Source of the DNA: Spirochaetota bacterium
GTDB lineage: Bacteria > Spirochaetota > UBA12135 > COTS27
DNA length: 64,000 nt
Reading direction: 5' to 3'
Assembly: GCA_965249715.1 (NCBI GenBank)
Contig: CBDFMP010000043.1
Span: 2,771-66,770, forward strand
Shown here: piece after piece, positions 38,506-47,540 of the stretch
Position numbering within the stretch: position 1 is the first letter of the stretch
How the letters are laid out: every line of letters starts with the position of its first letter
The notes under the pieces: model-generated
Told to the model about the DNA's origin: nothing
Database searches by the model: none
Seen by the model: the letters and a program-made list of their open reading frames with translations, nothing else
Program-made: the position numbers and the translations under genes

Positions 38506-39540
38506 TTATGGTGATGTGAAGTTCAATGGAAACGGCACACGGCAGCTATTGATAAAATCACGTGCTGTCATCAACCGTCTGCCCGGCTGTTTCAATTGCA
38601 CTAGCTCAAGCGGCGGTTCAGCTGCACCCAGCCACAGCAGTAATTTTCGTTCCTTACCGTACGCCCATTTTAAAATACGCGCACCCGCTGCCGCAACGTT
38701 TGTTTGCGGCAGCTGGGCAACCAAGGCCTCAGTGTTATCCTGCTGCTGCAGCCACTGCATAAAGGGCAACGGACTCAGCAGCTGCAGCTTTGCCAACAAA
38801 TAAGGCTGTGCTTCGATCCTGCAGGCAATGCCATTGCCATCGTCAAAGGCACGCAGTTTACATTGCAAGCTCACTGCCGAATCGTTGACAGCAAACTGTG
38901 TTGCGCTTGAACTGTACTTGGGCGAATGAGTGACCGCTGTTTCATCCTGCGGCAAAGCCGTTAAACTTTGCCAGCGTGTGAAAAACGGCACCAATGTTTG
39001 CCGCGTGAGGGCAAGCGCTTGCTGCATACACTCAGTGTAACCCTGCTGCCCCAGCGCCCATTCACGCTGCAAGACAATAGGCCCCGCATCCAAACGCCGA
39101 ACAATTTTCTGAATACTGATACCGCTCTTGGCATCACCGCTTAGGATAGCTGAACGCAAGGGCGCTGCGCCGCGGTGGCGCGGCAAAAGCGAAAAATGAA
39201 CATTGAAACAGCCGCCGTGCGGCACATTAAAAAATGCTTGCGGCAAAAGTTTGCCGTAAGCCACAATGAACCCGAAATCAACGGCATAATGCGCCAACGC
39301 GGAGCAGGCGGCAGCGTCAATATGCTCAGGTTCATGACAAGGAATGTCCAAACGTCGGGCAAGCTGCCCAACAGCCGTAGGAGCAAGCGTACTGCGCCTG
39401 TCGCGCAATGTCCGCCTGCGCAGCGGTGCCGTCCACACAGCACGCACAGTGGCTAAGCGCTGCGTGACAATAAATTCTAAAAGCTCCGCCGCCAGCAGCG
39501 GTGAACCCATATAAACAATTACCGGGCGTCTGGGCAACAT
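38506..39540 (-). CDS. fmt: Methionyl-tRNA formyltransferase
   Basis: 344 aa with an N-terminal formyltransferase fold and the motif FNVHFSLLPRHRGAAPL. The C-terminal domain is somewhat longer than usual. Confidence 0.9.
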   Translation of the reverse strand: MLPRRPVIVYMGSPLLAAELLEFIVTQRLATVRAVWTAPLRRRTLRDRRSTLAPTAVGQLARRLDIPCHEPEHIDAAACSALAHYAVDFGFIVAYGKLLPQAFFNVPHGGCFNVHFSLLPRHRGAAPLRSAILSGDAKSGISIQKIVRRLDAGPIVLQREWALGQQGYTECMQQALALTRQTLVPFFTRWQSLTALPQDETAVTHSPKYSSSATQFAVNDSAVSLQCKLRAFDDGNGIACRIEAQPYLLAKLQLLSPLPFMQWLQQQDNTEALVAQLPQTNVAAAGARILKWAYGKERKLLLWLGAAEPPLELVQLKQPGRRLMTARDFINSCRVPFPLNFTSP

Positions 39541-39566
39541 GCTGCAACCTGCTTAGAACAGCACTT

Positions 39567-40664
39567 TTACAAGGTGACAACTGCCGCGCTGTACGTATAA
39601 CCACCGCCTACCGATGTCAGCAGCGCACGCGTACCGGCACAATATGGCACAGTTTTAAGTTCTCCGCGCAGGAGCTTGTCCAATGTTACTGGAATAGTGG
39701 CACTTGACAAGTTGCCCGTAAAAGCGATTGTATCCAGCAGGCGGAGGTTCGCAACCGCACTGAGTTTTTTTGCCAATGCAGCGGTAATTCTTGCATTGGC
39801 TTGATGGGGAATAACGTAACCTAAGTCATCATAGGTTAAATGGCTGCGTGCCAGCGCTTGCTGACCAATGTTGTACATGGCAAGGACGGCATTACGCTGG
39901 ACAAGGGGTCCCTTCTTAAAAGAAATGGGGCCTGTACGCAACATATTAATCTGTTCGCTATAATCAATAGCGGAGGCAAAACCAAGGACACCGCGTGCGG
40001 CGGCATCGGAGGATTGCTGAGCACTGAGCACACAGGCACCTGCGCCATCGCTAAAAATAATACAAGATGTGGGATCGGTGTAATCCATTTTATCGCTCAT
40101 ATTTTCTGCAGCCACCACTAAGACATGGCGGGCTTGTCCGCTCTGCAAATAAAGCGTGGCATCAATAAAAGCATCTAAAAATCCACTGCAGGCACCGTTT
40201 AACGTGCGGGCACTGACACCGGTAGGTCCCTGACGCAGTTTCAGCATGTTAACCAATGTGGGCGCCGATGCCGGCATCATGCGATTGCTGCTATACGTTG
40301 AAAAAACAACGTGATCAATAGCCGCCGCTTCCAAACCGGCAGCCGCTAACGCACGCTGTGAAGCAATGCGCGCCATGTCTTCGCATACCAACCCTTCTGC
40401 AAACTCACCGGGTTGGATAAACGGACGCTCTTGAATGCCACAGACCTTTTGCACCCATAAATCAAACAGCTCTTCACGTGCAAGTTTTGTATAATCAATA
40501 ACATCGGTACCCTGGTCATTGCTGCGTTTTAAAAAAGCCGTGCGCGCGGCTTCATGATCAAAACCGCTGATGCGCGTTAAGAGTTCCTTATTGGATACTT
40601 TATGTGCTGGCAAACAGGCACCCGTACCAGCAATAACAATGTTTGGTACTGTGGAATTCATCAT
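39567..40664 (-). CDS. fabH: 3-oxoacyl-ACP synthase III (KAS III)
   Basis: 365 aa with active-site Cys (LNGACSGFLDA), His (IPHQAN) and Asn (GNLSSATIP) contexts. Confidence 0.9.
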   Translation of the reverse strand: MMNSTVPNIVIAGTGACLPAHKVSNKELLTRISGFDHEAARTAFLKRSNDQGTDVIDYTKLAREELFDLWVQKVCGIQERPFIQPGEFAEGLVCEDMARIASQRALAAAGLEAAAIDHVVFSTYSSNRMMPASAPTLVNMLKLRQGPTGVSARTLNGACSGFLDAFIDATLYLQSGQARHVLVVAAENMSDKMDYTDPTSCIIFSDGAGACVLSAQQSSDAAARGVLGFASAIDYSEQINMLRTGPISFKKGPLVQRNAVLAMYNIGQQALARSHLTYDDLGYVIPHQANARITAALAKKLSAVANLRLLDTIAFTGNLSSATIPVTLDKLLRGELKTVPYCAGTRALLTSVGGGYTYSAAVVTL

Positions 40665-40792
40665 TTTTATTAAAATCCTAGCTCAATGCAAACTATTTGA
40701 AAGCTTCATTCACTCACGAGCATTATTAATTATAATATACAAGTAAACACATAAACCCGAGCGATCTTCGCCTACTTGCCTATATTGAACAA

Positions 40793-41167
40793 ATGAGTCT
40801 TTCCCGCCGCCTCTTTAAAGTATTAAATGCTTATCTGCATGAAACCTTACAACCCCGCCCGCGTTCCGCTGCTTTCAGCGAAACAGCCCAACAGGAAAAT
40901 AATACTTCAAGCACTGAAGAAAACACCACTTCAACAAAAACCGAAGACCCCACACAAACGGCATTGGCAGAAGCACTAAGCCTCTTTGAGCTCAGTTTTC
41001 CCACCACACTCGCAGAACTCACCGCTAAACGCAATGAGCTCCTGCAAGCTTATCATCCCGATAAATTCGCACAAGCTCCAGAAAAACAGCGCATTGCCAC
41101 TGAGTTCATTCAGCATATCAATGAAGCTTATGAGCGCTTGCGCCGTGTTTTAAACGAAACTTCATAA
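40793..41167 (+). CDS. Small J-domain protein
   Basis: 124 aa with a C-terminal J domain carrying the HPD motif (LLQAYHPDKFAQ). Confidence 0.7.
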   Translation: MSLSRRLFKVLNAYLHETLQPRPRSAAFSETAQQENNTSSTEENTTSTKTEDPTQTALAEALSLFELSFPTTLAELTAKRNELLQAYHPDKFAQAPEKQRIATEFIQHINEAYERLRRVLNETS

Positions 41168-41211
41168 GTATAAATATAGCCACTAAGCGCTGCAGCTGAG
41201 ATAACAAACGT

Positions 41212-41913
41212 TTATAAACGCCAGTCCAGCTCCGCTACTTCCTGTCTGCGCAAATAGGCATTGGTCTGAGAAAAATGGCGACAGCCCCAAAAACCCTGTT
41301 CGGCGGACAGCGGACTGGGATGGGCAGCTTTCAAAATTTTATGTTTACTGGCATCCAGGAGTTTTGCTTTCTCATGGGCAAAGCGCCCCCAAAGTAAAAA
41401 CACCAGCCCCGTCCGTTCCTGATTTAACAATGTGATAACCTTATCGGTAAAACGTTCCCAGCCGCGCTTACGATGTGAAGCCGCTGCTCCTGCACGGACG
41501 GTTAAAACCGTGTTAAGCAAAAAAATTCCCTGCCGTCCCCAAGCTGTCAGCTCGCCGTTAACAGCGGACAGATGGAGCCCTAAATCCGTATTGAGTTCCT
41601 TAAAAATATTCTTCAGCGATGGCGGCGGCGTCACGCCAGCTTTAACCGAAAAACACAAACCGTGTGCCTGTCCTTTGCCATGGTAAGGATCCTGTCCTAA
41701 GATCACCGCTTTAATATCCTGAAAAGGCGTCAGTTGAAAAGCAGTGAAGACTTCCGCCATTGGCGGGTACAGGGTGTTTGTTTTTAATTCCTGAGCCAGA
41801 AATTGCCGCAACTCAGCCATGTATGGCTGAGCAAATTCATCGGCAAGCCGCTCCCACCAGCTGCTGTGCATGGCAGGGATTTTAGAAGCTGCGGACTGCA
41901 CTGCCATTATCAC
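41212..41913 (-). CDS. ung: Uracil-DNA glycosylase (family 1)
   Basis: 233 aa with the motifs LGQDPYHGKGQAHGLCFSV and AAHPSPLSA. Confidence 0.95.
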   Translation of the reverse strand: MIMAVQSAASKIPAMHSSWWERLADEFAQPYMAELRQFLAQELKTNTLYPPMAEVFTAFQLTPFQDIKAVILGQDPYHGKGQAHGLCFSVKAGVTPPPSLKNIFKELNTDLGLHLSAVNGELTAWGRQGIFLLNTVLTVRAGAAASHRKRGWERFTDKVITLLNQERTGLVFLLWGRFAHEKAKLLDASKHKILKAAHPSPLSAEQGFWGCRHFSQTNAYLRRQEVAELDWRL

Positions 41914-41969
41914 CCCAGCTCAACTGTTTGTCCAGGTCACCATCATCCTTTATTCCCACTAGCCAAGCT

Positions 41970-42014
41970 CAGACCCACTCCAATCAGACCAGCTCCGTTC
42001 AGACCCGCTCCGCT
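41970..42014. repeat. Imperfect 15-bp tandem repeat x3 in the ung/amidohydrolase divergent intergenic region
   Basis: cagacccactccaat / cagaccagctccgtt / cagacccgctccgct. Confidence 0.7.
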
Positions 42015-42254
42015 CAGCAACTCATTTGAATCATACATTAAACGCTTGAGTCAAGTTAAAGTCTGCCACCTACGATAGTTTAGCATATAGGCAGAATATT
42101 CACAAAGGAATTTCACAAAAAATAAACTCTAGCAAAAAAGCACTACCAATGTTATCACGCAGCTTAAGCTAAACCAGTAAGTCCTGCAACTCACCGTATT
42201 GTGAGCTCATTGCGTAAGTGTTTAACGATGCTGGCGCCTGCCTAACTACTATTT

Positions 42255-43508
42255 ATGTCATTAACACCCGTTGATTTAGTGCTGGAGGACGTAGCCACCT
42301 GTAATTATGATCGTTTTATGCTCAAGCATACCTTGCGCGTGACCGCTGGTGAATTCAGCTCCAGCGCCAGCACAGCAAACAGACATAACCTAACAGGATA
42401 CATTGTTTACCCCGGCCTCCTCAATGCCCATGATCACCTTTTAGGCAATTATTATCCACGCGTTGGCAATGGCCCTTATTTGTGCTGGAAACCTTGGGAT
42501 ATTGACCTTAAAAACGCCAAGCTTTACGATGAGCGCAATCGCCTGAGTCTCGATCAAATTTACCTACTGAGCTACTACAGACAGATCCTCTCCGGTGTGA
42601 CAACCGTATGCGACCACATCCCGCATCTTATCAATGATAAACAAATCACAACAGCTTACATTCGTATTATTGAACAATATTGCATTGCTCATGAAATTTC
42701 TTCTTACGAACTGACCTGGGGGGAAGCGCACGAAGTAGAAATTCAGAAAGCTAAACGCTACAATATTCCATTTGTGACACATTTAGAAGAAGGTTTTGAT
42801 GAAGAATCGCTGCGTGGCGTGGAACAACTGCACGAAAAAAAAGGGATCTTTAATAATTCTGTCTTAGTGCATTGCATTGGCTGCGATGAAGAAGATATTT
42901 CGCTCATCGCCCAACAGAAAGCTTCCATGGTTTGGTGTCCCAACTCTAATTTTTTCATGTTTGAACGCACTGCCAACATTCGCAGTTTTCTTAAAAATAA
43001 TGTCAATGTCTGCCTTGGTACCGATTCACCAATGTCCGGCGGCATTCACATTCTGGATGAATTGAAAAAAGCACAAAATATTTATCAGAAAATTTACGGA
43101 GAAAAAATTTCCGCGCAACAATTATTCACAATGGTCACAATGAATCCCGCCACAGCATTTAAGCTAGCGCGTCATTTAGGCACGATAACCCCTGGTAAAC
43201 AGGCGGATTTCATTGTTTTAAAAGCTACTTCCCAACAAAGTCCGTATGAACAATTGCTTGCCGCAGAAATAGAGGACATTGAAATAGTGGTGCGCGATGG
43301 AATCCCGCTCTATTTTCACGAAAAACACAAACCGCTCTTTTATAATGAAAAAATTCTTGAAAAACATTATGAACGAGTCCGTGTTTGCGGCAAACGCCAA
43401 TCGCCTATTGCCTATCTCATAGGCAAACCGCTTAAATTGAAGCAACAGATCCAAAAATCCGCAAGATTTAAAAAAGTTTTGGTCTTTTTTCCCATTGAAA
43501 AGCCTTAG
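42255..43508 (+). CDS. Metal-dependent amidohydrolase family protein
   Basis: 417 aa with the N-terminal metal-binding signature PGLLNAHDHL and later HLEE / VHCIG / GTDS blocks typical of the amidohydrolase superfamily (chlorohydrolase/deaminase-like). Confidence 0.7.
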   Translation: MSLTPVDLVLEDVATCNYDRFMLKHTLRVTAGEFSSSASTANRHNLTGYIVYPGLLNAHDHLLGNYYPRVGNGPYLCWKPWDIDLKNAKLYDERNRLSLDQIYLLSYYRQILSGVTTVCDHIPHLINDKQITTAYIRIIEQYCIAHEISSYELTWGEAHEVEIQKAKRYNIPFVTHLEEGFDEESLRGVEQLHEKKGIFNNSVLVHCIGCDEEDISLIAQQKASMVWCPNSNFFMFERTANIRSFLKNNVNVCLGTDSPMSGGIHILDELKKAQNIYQKIYGEKISAQQLFTMVTMNPATAFKLARHLGTITPGKQADFIVLKATSQQSPYEQLLAAEIEDIEIVVRDGIPLYFHEKHKPLFYNEKILEKHYERVRVCGKRQSPIAYLIGKPLKLKQQIQKSARFKKVLVFFPIEKP

Positions 43509-43681
43509 CTTTTCAATTTTCCAACAGCCAGAGCTGGGCGCGTTTCACAAATCGGCATAACCAAAGCTATTTGTATAAAATTAAAAATTAATGCCGCTGA
43601 ATTAATTTACGACACAAACACCTTGAAATAACTTTATAATACTAATGTGAGCCTTACAGCAATCGCTACCTTCTTCAAATT

Positions 43682-44305
43682 GTGTCCAAACTGAGACATG
43701 CCGATATTGTTGGAGTTGTAGGTTATTTTATTAGCGTTGCTAAGTTTAATTGGTGCCGTCTTATGCCCAAAGCACTTAACTATAAAAAGGATTCCATCAT
43801 CTTTTTTGACGGAGAAAAGCGCGATCATACTGTTTATTTGCTTAAATCAGGCTCTCTGGTGCGTACAAAAATATCTGCATTGACAGCATTACCTGAGCGT
43901 ACACGCGTGAATGTAGGCGAGTTTTTTGGCATCAAAGCAGGGTTAGGCAATTTCCCACGCGACGAAACCATTCAAGCGCTTGATGATGCCATTGTTTATG
44001 CTTTCACACCCAGTGAATTCATTGCCATTACCTGTAAACATCTTAAAATTCTTTTTAAAATGCTTACAGCATTTTCTAACGAGTTACGAAAAATCCATCT
44101 CTCAGTTGAACAAAAACTGGGAACCAATGATAAAAGCACTGAACATAAATTCTTAGACATTGCAAAGTATTACAGCAAACATAAAAAATACAACTACGCG
44201 CTTTACGCTTTGAAGAAACATCAGGAGTTATACCCTAAAAGCGAGCTAACCGAAATTGTAAAAGAAAAACTCAGCGAATTGAAAAAAATCTTAGGCATCG
44301 TTTAA
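43682..44305 (+). CDS. Cyclic-nucleotide-binding-domain protein (no obvious HTH)
   Basis: 207 aa with a CAP-effector-like beta-roll (IIFFDGEKRDHTVYLLKSGSL...GEFFG). The true start is probably the internal MPKALNY. Confidence 0.55.
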   Translation: MSKLRHADIVGVVGYFISVAKFNWCRLMPKALNYKKDSIIFFDGEKRDHTVYLLKSGSLVRTKISALTALPERTRVNVGEFFGIKAGLGNFPRDETIQALDDAIVYAFTPSEFIAITCKHLKILFKMLTAFSNELRKIHLSVEQKLGTNDKSTEHKFLDIAKYYSKHKKYNYALYALKKHQELYPKSELTEIVKEKLSELKKILGIV

Positions 44306-44381
44306 GTGCTAAGCTATTTATTTATTTGGCTTCATTTGCCAGTCCATTCAGATTAATAAAAGACACAGCGCACCCTTTCAT

Positions 44382-45017
44382 ATGGCCGAATCACAAACAC
44401 TTGAAAAATACGCTATTACCCAAAAAGCAGAACAAATTTTATTCTGTGAATTTGAGCCTGGTAGTACGTTGTTTTTTTTGCAGGAAGGCAATGTGCGCCT
44501 TGTGAAAATTATCAATGACAAAGAAAAAACGCTCGCGATTATCCGTCCTGGCGATATTTTTGGAGAAATGTCTATTCTGGAAAAACGCCCGCGCTCTGCT
44601 ACGGCAATTGCCGAGACCGACGTCAAGCTCTTAGAGTTGGATAAAGAGAGTTTTCTAACTTTAATTAAAAGTCAACCTGCTATCGGCATTAAACTACTCA
44701 AGATCTTCGCCGCACGAATTATCGATCAAAAACGTAAATTGACAATCATCCATCGTGAAGACAATCGCACAAAAGTCTTAGACACGCTGCTCATGGTGTA
44801 CGAAAAAGGCAACCTGCGTTATGATGCTGACAATGCTCCAATGCTTAAAATCACTGCCAAAGAAATAGGCAGCTGGGCGGGCATTTCTGAGGCTGAAAGT
44901 GCTAAAACAATCGATGCGCTCATGGCTAATAATTACATTGAACATGATGCGAAAAACAACTTGATCACGCTTAAAAATATTGACATCATCCGCTCATTCA
45001 TTGAGCGCAAAAAATAA
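44382..45017 (+). CDS. Crp/Fnr-family transcriptional regulator
   Basis: 211 aa with a cNMP-binding domain (GDIFGEMSILEKRPRSATAIA) followed by a C-terminal wHTH-like segment. Confidence 0.75.
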   Translation: MAESQTLEKYAITQKAEQILFCEFEPGSTLFFLQEGNVRLVKIINDKEKTLAIIRPGDIFGEMSILEKRPRSATAIAETDVKLLELDKESFLTLIKSQPAIGIKLLKIFAARIIDQKRKLTIIHREDNRTKVLDTLLMVYEKGNLRYDADNAPMLKITAKEIGSWAGISEAESAKTIDALMANNYIEHDAKNNLITLKNIDIIRSFIERKK

Positions 45018-45147
45018 TCGCCCAAACTTCGCGTTTTTTCAGTTTTATTCACAGCAACGCTGATCGTCACGCCAGCGAAGTGTTAACAAAAGCTTAGTCC
45101 GGGAATTATTGGCAGCCGGTAATTCCATATTCATCCTTCATTGATCC

Positions 45148-46215
45148 ATGAACGTATTAAAAACCATTTTAACCAAACACAAGGCATTTAAATCCAAGCT
45201 GGCAGAGCCTGCTTTCATGAAAGATCAACAAAGCTATAAAAAGGTGCTTAAAGATTTTCAAAGATTAACGCCTATTGTCACGGCTTATGAAGCACACGAG
45301 CAGGTGCTTACTAAGATTAAGGACTATGAAGCCATGCTGCAAACAGAACAGGATACGGACGTACGTAAGCTGATTGTCATGGAATTGGAAAATGAAAATG
45401 CACAAGCAGAAAAGCTGGCGGAAGCAGTTAAGCTGGCGCTTGTCTCCAGCGAAACAGAGAATTTTGAAAGCCTCATCATGGAGATCCGTGCTGGAACAGG
45501 GGGTGAAGAAGCATCGCTTTTTGCAGCAGACCTTGTCCGCATGTACGCCAAACTTGCCGAACGGCGCAAATGGCAGATGGAGATCTTAAATCAATCGCTA
45601 AGTGGAGTAAAGGGTTATAAAGAAGTGAGTTTCATGATCAAAGGCAAAGAAGCTTATGCAACGCTGAAACATGAAACCGGCACGCATCGCGTGCAACGCG
45701 TGCCTGAAACAGAATCCAGTGGCCGTATCCATACTTCAGCGGTAACCGTAGCGGTCCTGGGTGAAGTGCCCGCAGAAGAATTGGAAGTGCGCATGGAAGA
45801 CCTTAAAATAGACACTTATCGCGCCAGCGGTGCCGGCGGGCAGCACGTGAACACCACCGACTCTGCCATTCGCATCACACACTTGCCTTCCGGCATTGTG
45901 GTCACGTGTCAAGATGAACGCTCTCAGTATAAAAACAAGGAACGGGCGCTAAAAATCCTCCGCGCGCGTCTCTACAACGCTCAGCAAGAAAAGCTTCGCA
46001 GCGAACGCGCAAACGAACGCAAACAACAAGTAGGCTCCGGTGACCGTTCAGAAAAAATTCGTACTTATAATTTCCCACAAGGACGTGTAAGCGACCATCG
46101 CACCCAAGTCACTACTTATAATTTACAAGCGTTTTTAAACGGCGACTTGGACGAGATCATCACGTCGCTCAAAGAGCATGAAAAAACACTTGCGCTTAAG
46201 AATTTTAAATTTTAA
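45148..46215 (+). CDS. prfA: Peptide chain release factor 1
   Basis: 355 aa with the GGQ motif (SGAGGQHVNTT) and an RF1-type PxT tripeptide (PET) in RVQRVPETESSGRIHTS. Confidence 0.95.
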   Translation: MNVLKTILTKHKAFKSKLAEPAFMKDQQSYKKVLKDFQRLTPIVTAYEAHEQVLTKIKDYEAMLQTEQDTDVRKLIVMELENENAQAEKLAEAVKLALVSSETENFESLIMEIRAGTGGEEASLFAADLVRMYAKLAERRKWQMEILNQSLSGVKGYKEVSFMIKGKEAYATLKHETGTHRVQRVPETESSGRIHTSAVTVAVLGEVPAEELEVRMEDLKIDTYRASGAGGQHVNTTDSAIRITHLPSGIVVTCQDERSQYKNKERALKILRARLYNAQQEKLRSERANERKQQVGSGDRSEKIRTYNFPQGRVSDHRTQVTTYNLQAFLNGDLDEIITSLKEHEKTLALKNFKF

Positions 46216-47098
46216 CAGCTGGCAGCCCTAAGCCTTTTCCAATGTTGCAAGAATTTGCAGATAGTTCCTATACCGCTGGTTGTGCAGCTTACCAAGTTCA
46301 ACCGCCGCGCGCACTGCACAATTGGGTTCATGGTCGTGCAGACAATTCCTGTAAGTACAAGCAGCTGCCAAAGCTGTAAATTCCGGATAACAGGTTTTTA
46401 GCTCCTGACGCATAACGTCCGTAAAGGCAAGTTCTTTAAGCCCGCGGGCAGATCAAAAACCTCGCCGCCGTCACCGAGTTCATGCCGATGCACCCGTGTA
46501 GTGGTGTGGTGTCCGCGCCGCGTGAACGTAGAAACCGTTTTCACAAGTCCACGGTATATTTTGGATCAACGCGTCTGAGCAAGCTGTAAATTGCGTAAAG
46601 GCGTCTTGCCCGAGTTCATGCCGATGCACACCAGAATGCCCAACAATAACACTGCGCTTGCACTCAAAAACTTTAGCAGCTGACAGCCCTAAGCCTTTTC
46701 CAATGTTGCAAGAATTTGCAGATAGTTCCTATACCGCTGGTTGTGCAGCTTACCAAGTTCAACCGCCGCGCGCACTGCACAATTGGGTTCATGGTCGTGC
46801 AGACAATTCCTGTAAGTACAAGCAGCTGCCAAAGCTGTAAATTCCGGATAACAGGTTTTTAGATCCTGACGCATAACGTCCGTAAAGGCAAGTTCTTTAA
46901 GCCCGGGCAGATCAAAAACCTCGCCGCCGTCACCGAGTTCATGCCGATGCACCCGTGTAGTGGTGTGGCGTCCGCGCCGCGTGAACATAGAAACCGTTCT
47001 CACAAGTCCACTGTATTTTGGATCAACGCGTCTGAGCAATGCCGTCTTACCCACACCAGAATGCCCAACAATAACACTGCGCTTGCGCTCAAAGACTT
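46211..47098. repeat. Tandem duplication of the prfA-stop / rsgA-3'end region (about 461-bp degenerate copy + about 426-bp intact copy)
   Basis: cagctg(g/a)cagccctaagccttttccaatgttgc... starts at 46216 and 46677 (offset 461). The degenerate copy carries small indels and a patchwork insert at about 46582-46627. Confidence 0.9.
46228..46413 (-). pseudogene. Duplicate fragment of the rsgA 3' end (homology continues to about 46672)
   Basis: The 61-aa ORF is identical in sequence to the RsgA C-terminus (…CTYRNCLHDHEPNCAVRAAVELGKLHNQRYRNYLQILATLEKA). Confidence 0.9.
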
Positions 47099-47540
47099 CA
47101 CGGCGTAATTTAATAAAAACCTTATCGCCACGCCCTAGCGCAGTAGCTTCAGCGGCAAAAATTTTGGCTGGAGGATTGGCGACAACATAAGTTTGGTATG
47201 GCAATCCTGCATAAACAGCTTGTGCCGCTGCAATTGCTTCTGCAGAAACAATATCACGCTTCGTAAAAATGATAACAGCCTGTTTGCCCGACCAATGCGC
47301 AAGCGTCAGAAAGCGATCGATCAGCCCGGTTTTCAGCTCAGGAAGTGCCAATGCTGCAACAATAATAAGTTGATCTACATTTTTAACAAGGAAATTAACA
47401 TAAGCAATTTTTTTGTGCGCAATGCGTAAGCGAAAGTAGGCAGAATCGTGTTTGCGGCCGCCTGTATGCAATTCCTGTGTATCGGTGGCAAATTTAGCAA
47501 TAAATTTTTTTCTCGCACGCATTTTGCAAAGAGACTTCAA
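46689..47540 (-). CDS. rsgA: Ribosome small-subunit-dependent GTPase A (short N-terminus)
   Basis: Circularly permuted GTPase with NVDQLIIVAAL, TKRDIV, GHSGVGKTALL and the C-terminal zinc knuckle CTYRNCLHDHEPNCAV. The likely start is ATG at 47522 (MRARKKF...). Only about 46 aa precede the NVDQ motif, versus roughly 80 in B. subtilis YloQ as I recall it. Confidence 0.85.
   Translation of the reverse strand: MKSLCKMRARKKFIAKFATDTQELHTGGRKHDSAYFRLRIAHKKIAYVNFLVKNVDQLIIVAALALPELKTGLIDRFLTLAHWSGKQAVIIFTKRDIVSAEAIAAAQAVYAGLPYQTYVVANPPAKIFAAEATALGRGDKVFIKLRREVFERKRSVIVGHSGVGKTALLRRVDPKYSGLVRTVSMFTRRGRHTTTRVHRHELGDGGEVFDLPGLKELAFTDVMRQDLKTCYPEFTALAAACTYRNCLHDHEPNCAVRAAVELGKLHNQRYRNYLQILATLEKA

Larger units (their letters stand above)
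38021..38948. repeat. Tandem duplication of fmt 3' end plus the RND-pump upstream region (407-bp degenerate copy + 521-bp intact copy)
   Basis: taagcttaaatgaaatgatacaaaat... starts at 38021 and 38428. The junction is tttcatcct|taagc. The copy lacks 120 bp (40 codons) and gains 6 bp relative to the intact fmt. Confidence 0.9.

Noticed and set aside
41970-42014. 15-bp x3 repeat upstream of ung as an operator array or remnant collagen-like coding repeat
   Set aside because: There are only three imperfect units, no dyad symmetry and no adjacent regulator. It is reported as a repeat feature, but a functional claim is not supportable.
16812-47098. Tandem copies as assembly artefacts (over-expanded repeats)
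   Set aside because: Copies differ by many substitutions, distinct internal deletions and a mosaic insert, which an assembler would not invent. Copy number should still be verified with spanning reads.
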